A stretch of 64,000 nucleotides of DNA from Candidatus Nitrosopelagicus sp. (GTDB taxonomy: Archaea; Thermoproteota; Nitrososphaeria; Nitrososphaerales; Nitrosopumilaceae). The notes under the pieces were generated by a model, which did no database searches, was not told where the DNA came from, and saw only the letters and a program-made list of their open reading frames with translations. The stretch is from contig JAOLYM010000001.1 of assembly GCA_028343435.1 (NCBI GenBank), positions 40,525 through 104,524 of the forward strand, written 5' to 3'. Shown piece after piece: positions 20,355 through 30,479 of this stretch; positions within the stretch are counted from its first letter, which is position 1, and every line of letters starts with the position of its first letter. The translations under genes were made by a program, and so were the position numbers.

Positions 20355-20687
20355 ATGACGATGATTATGTCAGAAATAATTGGATATAAAATTCAACAAA
20401 TTGTTGATAATGGTCAAGCAATTCAAATAGCACTCGCTGAAGATGTTCAAACAGAACCAATTTCACAAAAGCAATTGATTATGGAAAATGTTTCAAAGAA
20501 ACTAGATCAAGATACAAAAGAACAAGTTATGCCATTACTTGAAGCAATGCTTCAAGCACAGCCAACTATCAAAATGAAGAGTTATGCACAAACAAATATC
20601 TCAATTACTATGCCAAAAAATAGATATGAAAAACTTGGTAGGCCACAAGTTGGACAAGTTTTAAGAATAGATATACAAAAAATTTAA
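20355..20687 (+). CDS. Hypothetical protein, possibly arcadin-1-like
   Basis: C-terminal [26 protein letters not shown] resembles the arcadin-1 family end motif (from memory). Confidence 0.5.
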   Translation: MTMIMSEIIGYKIQQIVDNGQAIQIALAEDVQTEPISQKQLIMENVSKKLDQDTKEQVMPLLEAMLQAQPTIKMKSYAQTNISITMPKNRYEKLGRPQVGQVLRIDIQKI

Positions 20688-22708
20688 AGATTTTCTTCTA
20701 TTTTAGATAATTCGTATAAGGGTAAAGAGCAAGTGAAGTTTTTACAAATAGTTACATTTGTTTTGTCCGAAAATTCTTTTCCTTCAAAAAATGGATATTT
20801 AGATAATAATTTTAAATTTTCTTCATCTTTAATTTCAATTATAATTCCTTCAGGTATGAATTTCTTATACAAAGAATTTACAATTTCAGAGTTTTCAGAA
20901 TTAATTATTGTAATTTCTGTGGGATGCTTAAGATATAGATTCATTACATTAAGCAGGTATCCAAACGCAAATGGATTTTCTGCAGCAGAGGTACCATTTA
21001 ATTCCAAAATTTGCTTAGATATTTTAAGAAATTTTTCATCATTTACAAGATGATGAAGTTTCAGTAATGCATTTGCAGCAACTGAATTTCCAGAGGGAAC
21101 AGATAAATCATAATAATTTTTTGGGCGAACTATCAAAGATTCATGTGTGTCAGCCGTAAAGTAAAATGTTTTTTCAGATTCATTCCAGAAATGGTCTATC
21201 ATATAATTTGCAATTTTCTGAGCCATATCAAGAAAATATGCGTCAGATGTTATCTCAAAAACATCAATAAGAGAATTTACAAGATATGCATAATCATCTA
21301 GATATCCGTTTAATTTTGGAGTATCATTTTTGAAGGTTCTATGTATGAATCCATGTTTAGAGAATTGTTCTGAAAAATATTTGGCGGCATTTGTGGCAAC
21401 ATTAAGATATTTTTCATTTCCTGAAATTCTATAACCTTTAGCGTATGCAGAAATCATCATAGAATTCCATGACGTGATAATTTTATCGTCAGTTCCAGGT
21501 TGATCTCGTTTATCTCTTACATCAAGTAGTTTTTTTGATGAACGTTTCAAAAGTTCAGTAATTTCATCTTCAGTTTTATTAAATTTGAATGAAAGAGATG
21601 AGATATTGATATTATTTGCTAGTATTGTATTTCCTTCAAAGTTTCCACCATCAGTAACATCATAATAAATACAAAATATTTCAGAATCATCGCCTAAGAT
21701 ACTTTCAATTTCACGTTTTTTCCAAACAAAAGTCTGTCCTTCTTCTCCATTGGTATCTGCATCTTGAGCAGAATAAAATAAACCTGTAGTAGATGTCATT
21801 TCACGTAGTACATAGTCAAGAGTTTTTGTGACAATACTGAGGTAAAACGGATCTTTTGTAATTTGATACGCTTCAGCATACACAGGAGGTAAAAGTGCAT
21901 TGTCATACAACATTTTTTCAAAATGAGGTACAAGCCAGCGTCCATCAGTCGAATATCTATGAAATCCACCACCAATCTGATCAAAGATACCGCCCTTAGC
22001 CATTTTCTTCAATGTCATTAATGCAAATTCTTGAAATTTTGTAATTCCCGAAAGTTTAGAATATCTAAACATGAAAGAAAGATTTGCTGCATTTGGAAAT
22101 TTTGGTGCTTGTCCAAATCCACCATAATTAGTATCTGCAACATGTAGAAGATTAACTGCAGCCTCATCCAAAATAGCGTTTTCAATTTCCCCACCATCAG
22201 AAACCCGTTCTAATTTAGTAAGATTTGACATGAATTGTTCAGCGGAAGTACCGACATCTTTTGGTTTTTCCTTCCAGGCTTGTGCCAACTGTCTACATAA
22301 ACTACCAAAGCCAGGTCTTCCATAGGAATCAAGAACTGGAAAATACGTTCCAACGTAAAATGGTTTTTGTTCAGGCGTCAAAAATACACTTAGTGGCCAT
22401 CCACCTTGACCAGTTGACATTTGACATATTTTTTGATAAATATCATCCAAGTCAGGTCGTTCTTCACGGTCAACTTTGATATTAACAAAATTTTCATTCA
22501 TAATTTTTGCCACATCATCATTTTCAAAGGATTCATGAGCCATAACATGACACCAGTGACAAGAGCTGTAACCGACAGATAGGAAAATAGGTTTATTTTC
22601 ATCTTTTGCTTTTTTTAGTGATTCATCATTCCAAGAGTACCATTCAACAGGATTATCTTTGTGTTGAAGTAAATATGGACTTGTTTCTTTAGATAGATTA
22701 TTGGGCAT
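20684..22708 (-). CDS. YyaL/SSP411-family thioredoxin-domain protein
   Basis: [34 protein letters not shown]-terminal CxxxxCSLP. Confidence 0.93.
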   Translation of the reverse strand: MPNNLSKETSPYLLQHKDNPVEWYSWNDESLKKAKDENKPIFLSVGYSSCHWCHVMAHESFENDDVAKIMNENFVNIKVDREERPDLDDIYQKICQMSTGQGGWPLSVFLTPEQKPFYVGTYFPVLDSYGRPGFGSLCRQLAQAWKEKPKDVGTSAEQFMSNLTKLERVSDGGEIENAILDEAAVNLLHVADTNYGGFGQAPKFPNAANLSFMFRYSKLSGITKFQEFALMTLKKMAKGGIFDQIGGGFHRYSTDGRWLVPHFEKMLYDNALLPPVYAEAYQITKDPFYLSIVTKTLDYVLREMTSTTGLFYSAQDADTNGEEGQTFVWKKREIESILGDDSEIFCIYYDVTDGGNFEGNTILANNINISSLSFKFNKTEDEITELLKRSSKKLLDVRDKRDQPGTDDKIITSWNSMMISAYAKGYRISGNEKYLNVATNAAKYFSEQFSKHGFIHRTFKNDTPKLNGYLDDYAYLVNSLIDVFEITSDAYFLDMAQKIANYMIDHFWNESEKTFYFTADTHESLIVRPKNYYDLSVPSGNSVAANALLKLHHLVNDEKFLKISKQILELNGTSAAENPFAFGYLLNVMNLYLKHPTEITIINSENSEIVNSLYKKFIPEGIIIEIKDEENLKLLSKYPFFEGKEFSDKTNVTICKNFTCSLPLYELSKIEENL

Positions 22709-22744
22709 TATGATAATTCATAGTATTGATTATTTGTATGTAAT

Positions 22745-22987
22745 CTAAATTTTCCAGATTGCCGTATCATTACGTTTGTAAATTTCTATGTTAATCTGTT
22801 TTAGTAATTTTTGCTTTGATTTTTCTGCTTTTTTTTCGTTGCTGTAATCTTTCTTTTTTAACAATTTATCTAAAAGAATGAGTTGATCATCACTTAGATT
22901 TTTGAAACTTCCATTTTTAGTCACTAGATTTAAAAGTTCAACACGTCGGAAATCATCCTTTTTTAAAATTTCAGCCATACTTGTCAT
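22745..22987 (-). CDS. Hypothetical protein
   Basis: 80 aa Lys/Leu-rich ORF. Confidence 0.55.
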   Translation of the reverse strand: MTSMAEILKKDDFRRVELLNLVTKNGSFKNLSDDQLILLDKLLKKKDYSNEKKAEKSKQKLLKQINIEIYKRNDTAIWKI

Positions 22988-23033
22988 TAGAACATCCTAC
23001 TAAAAATAAATGTGTGTAAGATTAGGCTCAATT

Positions 23034-24071
23034 ATGACAAAAATGATGCGTGCAATGGTTCTTTCAGAATGTAAGAAAATCGAAGACAAACCACTAAAAT
23101 TAACAAATATTGAAAGACACACAATAGATAATCCTGACGAAGTTTTAATCAAAATTGAAGCATGTGGTGTATGCCATTCTCAATTACATGGAATAGAAGG
23201 AGATTGGCAAGAGATAGGAATTCCTCCATCATTTCCAACAGTACCAGGACATGAAGTTGTTGGAAAAATTATTGAGATTGGCGATAAAGTTACAAAATTT
23301 AGAATTGGAGATAGGGTTGGAATTACACCACTTTTGAAATCATGTATGAATTGTAGATATTGTGATGAAGGTAAGGAATACCTTTGTGAAAATAATGAAA
23401 TTACAGGTGAAACATTACGTGGCGGTTATACAGAATTTATTAATGCATCAGAAAATTTTCTGACAAAAGTTCCAGAAAGTATGTCATCAGAATATGCAGC
23501 ACCATTATTTTGTCCAGGAATAACTGCATACAAAGCAGTAAAGGCTGCTGAGCCTGAAAAAAATAAAAAAATTGCAATTTATGGAATTGGTGGAGTAGGA
23601 CATATGGCGATACAATTTGCTAAGGTAGAAGGATGTGAAGTAATAGGCATATCAAGAAAGAAAGAACACCTAACTGTTGCAGAAAATCTGGGTGCAGAAA
23701 AAACATTCCAATTTACAGAATCTCAAGATGAATTTTTGAATAAAGTTAAGAATGATTATGGATTGTTTGATGCAGCAATTGTATTTGCACCATCAGATAT
23801 TGTAACAGACACAGCCATAAAATCAGTAAAAAAAGGAGGAACTGTAATAATTGCCACGGTAGGTAAAATTCCAAATTTCTTAGCGTTTGAAGAAAAAACA
23901 GTGAGAGGGACATTAATTGGTTCTATGAAAGATATGGAAAAAGTAATTGAGATTGCACAAAAAAATAATTTCAAGGTTGTTACGGAATCATTTCCATTAG
24001 AACAGGCAAATGAAGTACTTGAGAGATTAAAAAATTCAAATATCGAAGCACGTGCAGTTCTAATTCCTTAA
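23034..24071 (+). CDS. Zn-dependent alcohol dehydrogenase (MDR family)
   Basis: CGVCHS, GHE, CMNCRYC..C structural Zn site, GIGGVG. Confidence 0.92.
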   Translation: MTKMMRAMVLSECKKIEDKPLKLTNIERHTIDNPDEVLIKIEACGVCHSQLHGIEGDWQEIGIPPSFPTVPGHEVVGKIIEIGDKVTKFRIGDRVGITPLLKSCMNCRYCDEGKEYLCENNEITGETLRGGYTEFINASENFLTKVPESMSSEYAAPLFCPGITAYKAVKAAEPEKNKKIAIYGIGGVGHMAIQFAKVEGCEVIGISRKKEHLTVAENLGAEKTFQFTESQDEFLNKVKNDYGLFDAAIVFAPSDIVTDTAIKSVKKGGTVIIATVGKIPNFLAFEEKTVRGTLIGSMKDMEKVIEIAQKNNFKVVTESFPLEQANEVLERLKNSNIEARAVLIP

Positions 24072-24095
24072 ATTACTAGGAATTTTGTTACAAAC

Positions 24096-24248
24096 ATGAT
24101 TTGTAGACGTTGTCATCATACAGATGAAATTCATAAAACTACCACATCCTCAGAGTCAATGTTAAGAAGAGGATCTTGCCAAATTCCAGATTGTACGTGC
24201 AATCAATTTTTAGATGCATTTGAAGAGATTGATGATGAACAGCTCTAA
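24096..24248 (+). CDS. 50-aa Cys/His-rich putative Zn-finger microprotein
   Basis: Hand translation MICRRCHHTDEIHKTTTSSESMLRRGSCQIPDCTCNQFLDAFEEIDDEQL. Confidence 0.7.
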   Translation: MICRRCHHTDEIHKTTTSSESMLRRGSCQIPDCTCNQFLDAFEEIDDEQL

Positions 24249-24278
24249 TCATATATAGGAAAAAAATATTTCAAAAAC

Positions 24279-24515
24279 ATGAATAAACACGCACCAAAAG
24301 AAGAAATGATTAAAGATTTAGAAAATATCTTGGCAAAAATTAATGCTTTAGAGGTCACTGCTAAAGATGAAGAAGCAAAAGCTAATGTTAAAATTTTAAG
24401 AAAACTTACAGAGGGGCAGATTCATTCAATCAATGAATTTGATCACTTGAAAAAAGCAATCGATCTTCTTACAATGCAATTATTTGAAGTTAAAGATAAA
24501 ATAAATTCAAAATAA
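24279..24515 (+). CDS. Hypothetical helical protein
   Basis: 78 aa ORF. Confidence 0.65.
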   Translation: MNKHAPKEEMIKDLENILAKINALEVTAKDEEAKANVKILRKLTEGQIHSINEFDHLKKAIDLLTMQLFEVKDKINSK

Positions 24516-24845
24516 TCATTCAGCCTGACATAGAGGACGATATTTTGATATGATTTTGTCTACAATACGTTTTCGTTCTGGCGCTTCAGATTCCCATAGA
24601 GGCAAAATTGCGAGATAAAGACTCTCTTCATTGCCAGCATGTTGGATCCAGCATTTGAAATTATCATTTTGTGTGAAAAAGTCTTTCTGATCGGTTTTGT
24701 CAGATTCACCAGCATGAAGTGGTATAAAGCCGGATTTGTTCTGGTTGAAAATTATGTAAACGACTTTATCCATAGGCGGACCCCATTCGGATAGCTTGAT
24801 AGGTCCAAGAAATTCATAATGAAGAATTTGAATTGTCACTAACAA
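24516..24845 (-). CDS. Hypothetical protein, possibly degenerate GIY-YIG-like fold
   Basis: VVYIIF...LHAGES...ISKYRPLC pattern. Confidence 0.55.
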   Translation of the reverse strand: MLVTIQILHYEFLGPIKLSEWGPPMDKVVYIIFNQNKSGFIPLHAGESDKTDQKDFFTQNDNFKCWIQHAGNEESLYLAILPLWESEAPERKRIVDKIISKYRPLCQAE

Positions 24846-24894
24846 AATTAAGAAGGCTCAAGTTTTAAATTTGCCTAATTTTGCCTCAAAGTAA

Positions 24895-25506
24895 ATGTCA
24901 GAAATGCAAGATCCACATAATTATAGAAAAGTTGGGTACTCAATGATATTAGTAGCTGCATCGCTAGCAGCGATTGGAATAGTCCAAGTTGCAATTGGAC
25001 CAGATGTTCTTTATGCAGATAGAATGCAAAGAGACAGTACAGCATTTTTTGAGATGTGTAAAGCAGGAAATTACATGCAGGAAGGATGTGAGATGTTTGA
25101 TAAACCGGGAAATACATTATATGAAATTCCTAGAATGACATTAGATGATACAGAAGAATCTGAGACTATGATTATGGAAGAACCAGTTATGGAAACACCA
25201 CAGGCATCTACAGAAATTGTTTCAATTCCTGAAGGATCAGGTGCACCGGGATGTGAAGAGACAGATGAATGTTATATTCCTGCAACATTAAACATTTCAA
25301 CCGGCACCACCGTAGTTTGGGAAAATAATGATAGCGCGGCACATCTTGCAACAAGTGGAACACCAGATGGCGGACCAGACGGAGCCTTTGATTCAGGAAT
25401 GATTATGGCTGGAGCCACATACGAGTTTGAGTTTTCAGACAAAGGTGAATTTGTATACTATTGTCTTGTTCATCCTTGGATGGTTGGAACAGTTATAGTA
25501 GAATAA
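24895..25506 (+). CDS. Membrane-anchored plastocyanin-like blue copper protein
   Basis: N-terminal TM; type-1 Cu ligands AHLATSG and YYCLVHPWM. Confidence 0.9.
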   Translation: MSEMQDPHNYRKVGYSMILVAASLAAIGIVQVAIGPDVLYADRMQRDSTAFFEMCKAGNYMQEGCEMFDKPGNTLYEIPRMTLDDTEESETMIMEEPVMETPQASTEIVSIPEGSGAPGCEETDECYIPATLNISTGTTVVWENNDSAAHLATSGTPDGGPDGAFDSGMIMAGATYEFEFSDKGEFVYYCLVHPWMVGTVIVE

Positions 25507-26262
25507 TTATTGTCCATTCATGTAATCTTCCCAAGTGTTAAGATTAGAAGTAAAACGATTCATTTGATACATTGCACCGCCAATAATTCCAGCATGATAA
25601 CAGGTGTATAGATAGATTTGAGAGTTACTAGGGTCAGTTTGTGTTAAACTCATACTAATCATTGAAAAGAAAACAAATGTTCCACCAAATGTAATTATTT
25701 TTCCAATCATTCCACCATTTAATCCAACAATTCTTCTTGTAGCGGCAGCCATAATTGTAATACTTGATACAATCAAAAATGTTGCACCGCCATTTGCAGT
25801 AATCATATCAGTAGCCCAAGGAACTACTCCATCATCAACTAAAGATGAATCAGGCATCATTGCACCGCCATGAAGTGCAAAATTTACAGAGCTAAACAAA
25901 CCACCAATTACTAAGAAGAAAAGAAATAATTTCATAATTTTTCTTTTTAACGCACTTCGAGTTTCAGAGGGTTGTAATGCTCTTTCAGAAATTTTTAGAC
26001 CATACAGAAATCCAATTCCAAATGCAGGAGCAAATAGAATATTCATGATATACGGGTGTTCAAGAAATAATTCAGCATAATAGGTATTGAGTAAAAATGC
26101 AGTCAACAGTGCAATTCCAGCAGCAGACCCAAAAACAATCAAATTTGAATATTTGAATATTTTTGGTACATTCTCATCAGAGCTATTCCAACTATACACA
26201 GAAAATTCTTTTGAAATTTGGATTAAAAAACCGAGTAAAAATTGATTTACCCAATTAATCAA
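25507..26262 (-). CDS. Multi-pass membrane protein
   Basis: About 6 hydrophobic helices; start uncertain. Confidence 0.65.
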   Translation of the reverse strand: MINWVNQFLLGFLIQISKEFSVYSWNSSDENVPKIFKYSNLIVFGSAAGIALLTAFLLNTYYAELFLEHPYIMNILFAPAFGIGFLYGLKISERALQPSETRSALKRKIMKLFLFFLVIGGLFSSVNFALHGGAMMPDSSLVDDGVVPWATDMITANGGATFLIVSSITIMAAATRRIVGLNGGMIGKIITFGGTFVFFSMISMSLTQTDPSNSQIYLYTCYHAGIIGGAMYQMNRFTSNLNTWEDYMNGQ

Positions 26263-26341
26263 TTCTTTTCAATTTGTTCCTAACTAATGATCATTTTCAA
26301 TGAACATCGCATTTTTATTTTAACTAAAAGAACTTTACAAT

Positions 26342-26548
26342 ATGAAATCATTTTCAATTGTAATTACAGGAGTAATTCTAGTAATTTTTGGAATCATATT
26401 CAGTTTTCAAGGCCAAGGAATGGTTGGACCAGAATCATCATTCATGTATGAAAGTGAAGAATGGATAGATAATGGGATAATTATCAGTATGATAGGAGTA
26501 ATTTTGATATTAATCGGGTATTTTGTAGAAAAGAAAAAATTAACTTAA
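26342..26548 (+). CDS. Small 2-TM membrane protein
   Basis: TM-QGQGMVGPESSFM-TM. Confidence 0.7.
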   Translation: MKSFSIVITGVILVIFGIIFSFQGQGMVGPESSFMYESEEWIDNGIIISMIGVILILIGYFVEKKKLT

Positions 26549-27003
26549 TAATTTTTTTCAAAATATTTTTGATGATATTCTTCAGCACGGTAGAATGTAG
26601 AAGCGGATTTTATCTCAGTAACAATATCACTTCCAAATGTTTTTTGTGCAGATGGATTTAATTTCTCTTTAACATCTTTTGCGGCTTGTTCTTGCTCAGG
26701 ATTATGACAAAATATAGCAGAGCGATATTGAATGCCAATATCAGGACCTTGTCTATTAGGAGTGGTCGGATTATGATTTTCAAAAAATACTTTTACTAAA
26801 TCAGAATATGAAATTTCTGCAGGATCAAATTCAACTTGTATAGCTTCAGCGTGACCAGTTTTATCAGTACAAACATCTTCATATGTAGGATTATCTGTAT
26901 GACCTCCGGTGTATCCTACAGCGGTAGATTTTACACCATTTGTTTTAGAAAATACTTCTTCAACGTGCCAAAAACACCCTGCAGCAAAAGTTGCTTTCTC
27001 CAT
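26545..27003 (-). CDS. msrA: Peptide methionine sulfoxide reductase A
   Basis: AAGCFW, GYTGG, QYRSAIF, AEEYHQKY; start at MEKATF. Confidence 0.95.
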   Translation of the reverse strand: MEKATFAAGCFWHVEEVFSKTNGVKSTAVGYTGGHTDNPTYEDVCTDKTGHAEAIQVEFDPAEISYSDLVKVFFENHNPTTPNRQGPDIGIQYRSAIFCHNPEQEQAAKDVKEKLNPSAQKTFGSDIVTEIKSASTFYRAEEYHQKYFEKNY

Positions 27004-27044
27004 ACATTCATTCAGGTTAAACAATAAAAAAAGCTTTCAAAATT

Positions 27045-28241
27045 TTAGAATCCAGAATCCAAAGGATTTGAAGGTTTTAGAATTTCTCTTAACAGGATTG
27101 TGGCATATGAGCCACGAGATAATTGAAATTTTATCATATTTTCATCAATCTTGAAATTCAAATAATTAATTGATGCATTACGAAATCCACCTTCAACTGA
27201 GAGTTCTTGGAAATCTTTTATGAAGAAATCTTTTGGGGTAAGCAATTCTTCATCAAGAATTTTTTTTATATAATAATCAAATCTTGATTTTTTATAATAT
27301 GAATGACCTACAAGTGGAATAGCAAGTTTTTGTTTAGGATCATTTTCAAATTTTCCCAATATAGAATTTTTATCAAAACAAACATCATCAATTGTCGGTA
27401 ATGATAATTCTTCTTCAAATTCATGTGCAAGACTCAAAGTTTTGTTGAATAGAAATGATTGATATGCTTGAATGTAAAATCTTCGTAATGCAAGTGGAAT
27501 CGAACGTATTGCATTCTTAGGATCACTGTCACTGGAAAGTTGTTTTAGTAAATTTCTTTCAATATCCATAGAAAATGGTAATAATTCAATTACTTCAGAT
27601 TCAGATTTACGTTCAGATATTAATTTCCGCATTTCATTATTTTTTTCTGAATCATATTTTGATGAAAAACTTAGTAGATACTCAAGTGCTTCTTCATAAT
27701 CACCTTTAATGATTGATTTTCCAACTAGATGCGTTATTGGTCGTTTTGAACCAAACCTTTGATATCCAAAAAAATTAAGAATATTTTCATTACCGGTAAA
27801 TGATGGCAATGATTCATTCATGTCAGATACTGTAATTTCAAAATAATTTCCTAGCATATCTTTTTTTGATATGGGTTTTTCTACAAATCCAAGTCTTTTG
27901 GCAGAATATTTTTGTCCAGTATATTCGTCTAAGGAGTTTATTTTTTTGTAGGTGTAAACGTACTGTTCTGTTTTTGCATTTGCATCTTTCAAACCAAGCG
28001 ATTTTAAGACAAGACCATAGCGTTTTTCGATATCAATTAATGCATGATTTGTATCAATTCCAGATTTTTTTAACAAGTAAACAGCATGCCCATCCAAATT
28101 ATCAAATGAGTCTATGGCTTTTTCAGATAAAACCTCTTTCACCAAAAAATCATTTTCATTTTTTTTAATTTTTCCAGAAAGAGGAGCATATTTTGTAGTA
28201 TAAACAGAGAGTCCTATCTCTTTATCAATTTGTGGAATCAC
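27045..28241 (-). CDS. truD: tRNA pseudouridine(13) synthase
   Basis: DFLVKE, GLKDANA, NFFGYQRFG, FQLSRGSYATILLRE. Confidence 0.92.
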   Translation of the reverse strand: MIPQIDKEIGLSVYTTKYAPLSGKIKKNENDFLVKEVLSEKAIDSFDNLDGHAVYLLKKSGIDTNHALIDIEKRYGLVLKSLGLKDANAKTEQYVYTYKKINSLDEYTGQKYSAKRLGFVEKPISKKDMLGNYFEITVSDMNESLPSFTGNENILNFFGYQRFGSKRPITHLVGKSIIKGDYEEALEYLLSFSSKYDSEKNNEMRKLISERKSESEVIELLPFSMDIERNLLKQLSSDSDPKNAIRSIPLALRRFYIQAYQSFLFNKTLSLAHEFEEELSLPTIDDVCFDKNSILGKFENDPKQKLAIPLVGHSYYKKSRFDYYIKKILDEELLTPKDFFIKDFQELSVEGGFRNASINYLNFKIDENMIKFQLSRGSYATILLREILKPSNPLDSGF

Positions 28242-30022
28242 GGTTCAATAATGATATCGACGTATTTTGATACGTTTACCTCAGAGTTGAAAACTCCTAA
28301 AAGTAATTTGTAATCTCCAGATAATGCAATTTGACTTGCAGTGATGGATACAATAATTTCATTAGAACTATTGAAGTCATGTGAGATTAAAAGATCAGAT
28401 GATTTTGTAGCAGTTGATGCAGTATGAGCAAAATTGAAATTGATATCCCCAATGTTTGATGATGAGGGATTTATACTCAAAGAAATTGTTTCAGTTTCAC
28501 CTTTTTTGAGGTTTATAGATTCAACATTGGTATTTACTGTGAATGGAAGAGATTTTCCAGTATCAACTACACCAATTTTATTTTCTGCCCATTCTGTAAA
28601 CCAAATTTTATCATCTATCACATCAAAACCGAAAATTTGTGCAACACCACAATTTGATTTTGATTTATCTTCACAGTCAGCCCAGTTAGGATTTTTAGAT
28701 GGTACCATGTATTCTATTAGTCGTTCATTATCAATATCAAAGACTGCAAGTTGATTGGATGTTTGTTCATTGAAAATAAGATTTCCATTCATATCAGTTT
28801 CAGTCCAATAGGGTCTAGAAATTGGTGTTTTTATTATTCCAGTTGAATTCCCATATGCAGATTTTTGAGGTGTTGAGGTAATGAATTTTGTAAATATTTC
28901 TTCATCAGGATCAAATTTGAAAAAGAAACTACTAGAAGTATCCACAATCCAAACATTATCATTTTCATCTACAGACAATCCATTTGCAGTATTGAGATCA
29001 TCTGGAAAATCATATACGTCAAAATAATTTTCGAGTGGAATGTCTATTCCTGTACTTGCCAAATAGGAATCTTGTTTGTATTTTTCAATATTGAATTTTA
29101 ATAATAATCCAGTAGTTTCTGGAACCCAATTTGTATACCATAAATTATTTTTAGAATCAACTCCAAAATCACCAGTAAATGAATTTGGAATTGGTGCCAC
29201 AATACTAGAATATGTAAGGTCATCAATATTTTGAGCTAAATCAAAGAAAGTAATTTTACTTCCAGTAAAGTCATTTACTATAATATTTGAACCGCGTATA
29301 GCAAGTTTTTGAGGTAACGAACCTTCTTCAGAAGGAGGATAGGACATTGCATCATATGTTTCACCAATTGTGTCAAAACGCCAAATAGTATCAAAACTTC
29401 CATCAGTATACCACATTGTGCCATCAGAAGAATAATCCATCCCCCATGACATAGTACGTGCACCTTCTGGCCACATATCATTTTCAAATTCAGTGAATTT
29501 TTCAGATATAGGATCAAATTTTGCAATTTGACCTACATTCGATTCAACAAACCATACATTTCCATCTGGTGCAACTTTGATTGCAAGGGGTTGTGTGCAT
29601 AATGTTGGAATTTGGTATTCCTGTACATAAGATGTGGATTTTGCATCACTGCCTCCACAAAAAGTTGCACGTTGATCATCAGGGAAATTATCCATAGGAG
29701 TTCCAGTCTTTGTTAAACTAAGTTCAGTACAATAATTATCAATTAACATCTGTTCACCAATTTTCTGTCCAACATCACAAAGTGAAGAATTACGATCTTG
29801 TGTTGCAACTTCCTGACATGCAACAAGAGCTTGTTCATTATTTTCTAAGTCAGATGTACGTTCTACACATGCATTCATCATAAAATCAAATTTATCTAAA
29901 ACTTGTTTTTCTTCCATAGTCATAGTAGCTGCTGGTGGAGCAATTGCAAATAATACAGTCGATGTTAATAAAATACCTCCCAAAAATGCGAATGCAAGAA
30001 TACCTTTTGTTTTTTGCTTCAC
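28238..30022 (-). CDS. Exported Vgb (virginiamycin B lyase)-like beta-propeller protein
   Basis: Signal peptide; repeated D..GNxWF/WY...FD..TE blades; Cys-rich N-terminal region. Confidence 0.78.
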   Translation of the reverse strand: MKQKTKGILAFAFLGGILLTSTVLFAIAPPAATMTMEEKQVLDKFDFMMNACVERTSDLENNEQALVACQEVATQDRNSSLCDVGQKIGEQMLIDNYCTELSLTKTGTPMDNFPDDQRATFCGGSDAKSTSYVQEYQIPTLCTQPLAIKVAPDGNVWFVESNVGQIAKFDPISEKFTEFENDMWPEGARTMSWGMDYSSDGTMWYTDGSFDTIWRFDTIGETYDAMSYPPSEEGSLPQKLAIRGSNIIVNDFTGSKITFFDLAQNIDDLTYSSIVAPIPNSFTGDFGVDSKNNLWYTNWVPETTGLLLKFNIEKYKQDSYLASTGIDIPLENYFDVYDFPDDLNTANGLSVDENDNVWIVDTSSSFFFKFDPDEEIFTKFITSTPQKSAYGNSTGIIKTPISRPYWTETDMNGNLIFNEQTSNQLAVFDIDNERLIEYMVPSKNPNWADCEDKSKSNCGVAQIFGFDVIDDKIWFTEWAENKIGVVDTGKSLPFTVNTNVESINLKKGETETISLSINPSSSNIGDINFNFAHTASTATKSSDLLISHDFNSSNEIIVSITASQIALSGDYKLLLGVFNSEVNVSKYVDIIIEP

Positions 30023-30057
30023 AACTTTTCAAAATCAGAGCTTGTTATATCTGATTC

Positions 30058-30411
30058 TTAAAGTAATGATAAATCTCCAGTAACTTTATCAATTAAATTT
30101 TCTGGAGCAGGTCCAACAGATATGCAAGTTGTTGTTCCGGGTGCAATTTGTGTATGACCAGCATCGGTTATTTCAGACCATGGGAGACCTAACTCAATTG
30201 CACCTCTTTTGACTTCATCTAATTCCTTTATTCCAGAAACCTTGACAACAACTTTCTCTTGTCCACCCCACCAAGTTTGAAACCATTCGGGATGTGATTT
30301 TCGAACATGTTCTGCACCCATAACACATGCATGACCAACTTGTGCTGCAATCTTACCTTTTCCCATTCCAAGATCAGTTCTAACCGCAATAACCTGTTTG
30401 ATATCAGTCAT
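30058..30411 (-). CDS. pth2: Peptidyl-tRNA hydrolase 2
   Basis: RTDLGMGKGKIAAQVGHA, DAGHTQI, GPAP. Confidence 0.95.
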   Translation of the reverse strand: MTDIKQVIAVRTDLGMGKGKIAAQVGHACVMGAEHVRKSHPEWFQTWWGGQEKVVVKVSGIKELDEVKRGAIELGLPWSEITDAGHTQIAPGTTTCISVGPAPENLIDKVTGDLSLL

Positions 30412-30479
30412 ATGAAATAATTATAGAAGTTGATGATAAACGTTACAATTCAAATACCAAATAAAGATACAAACCATAC

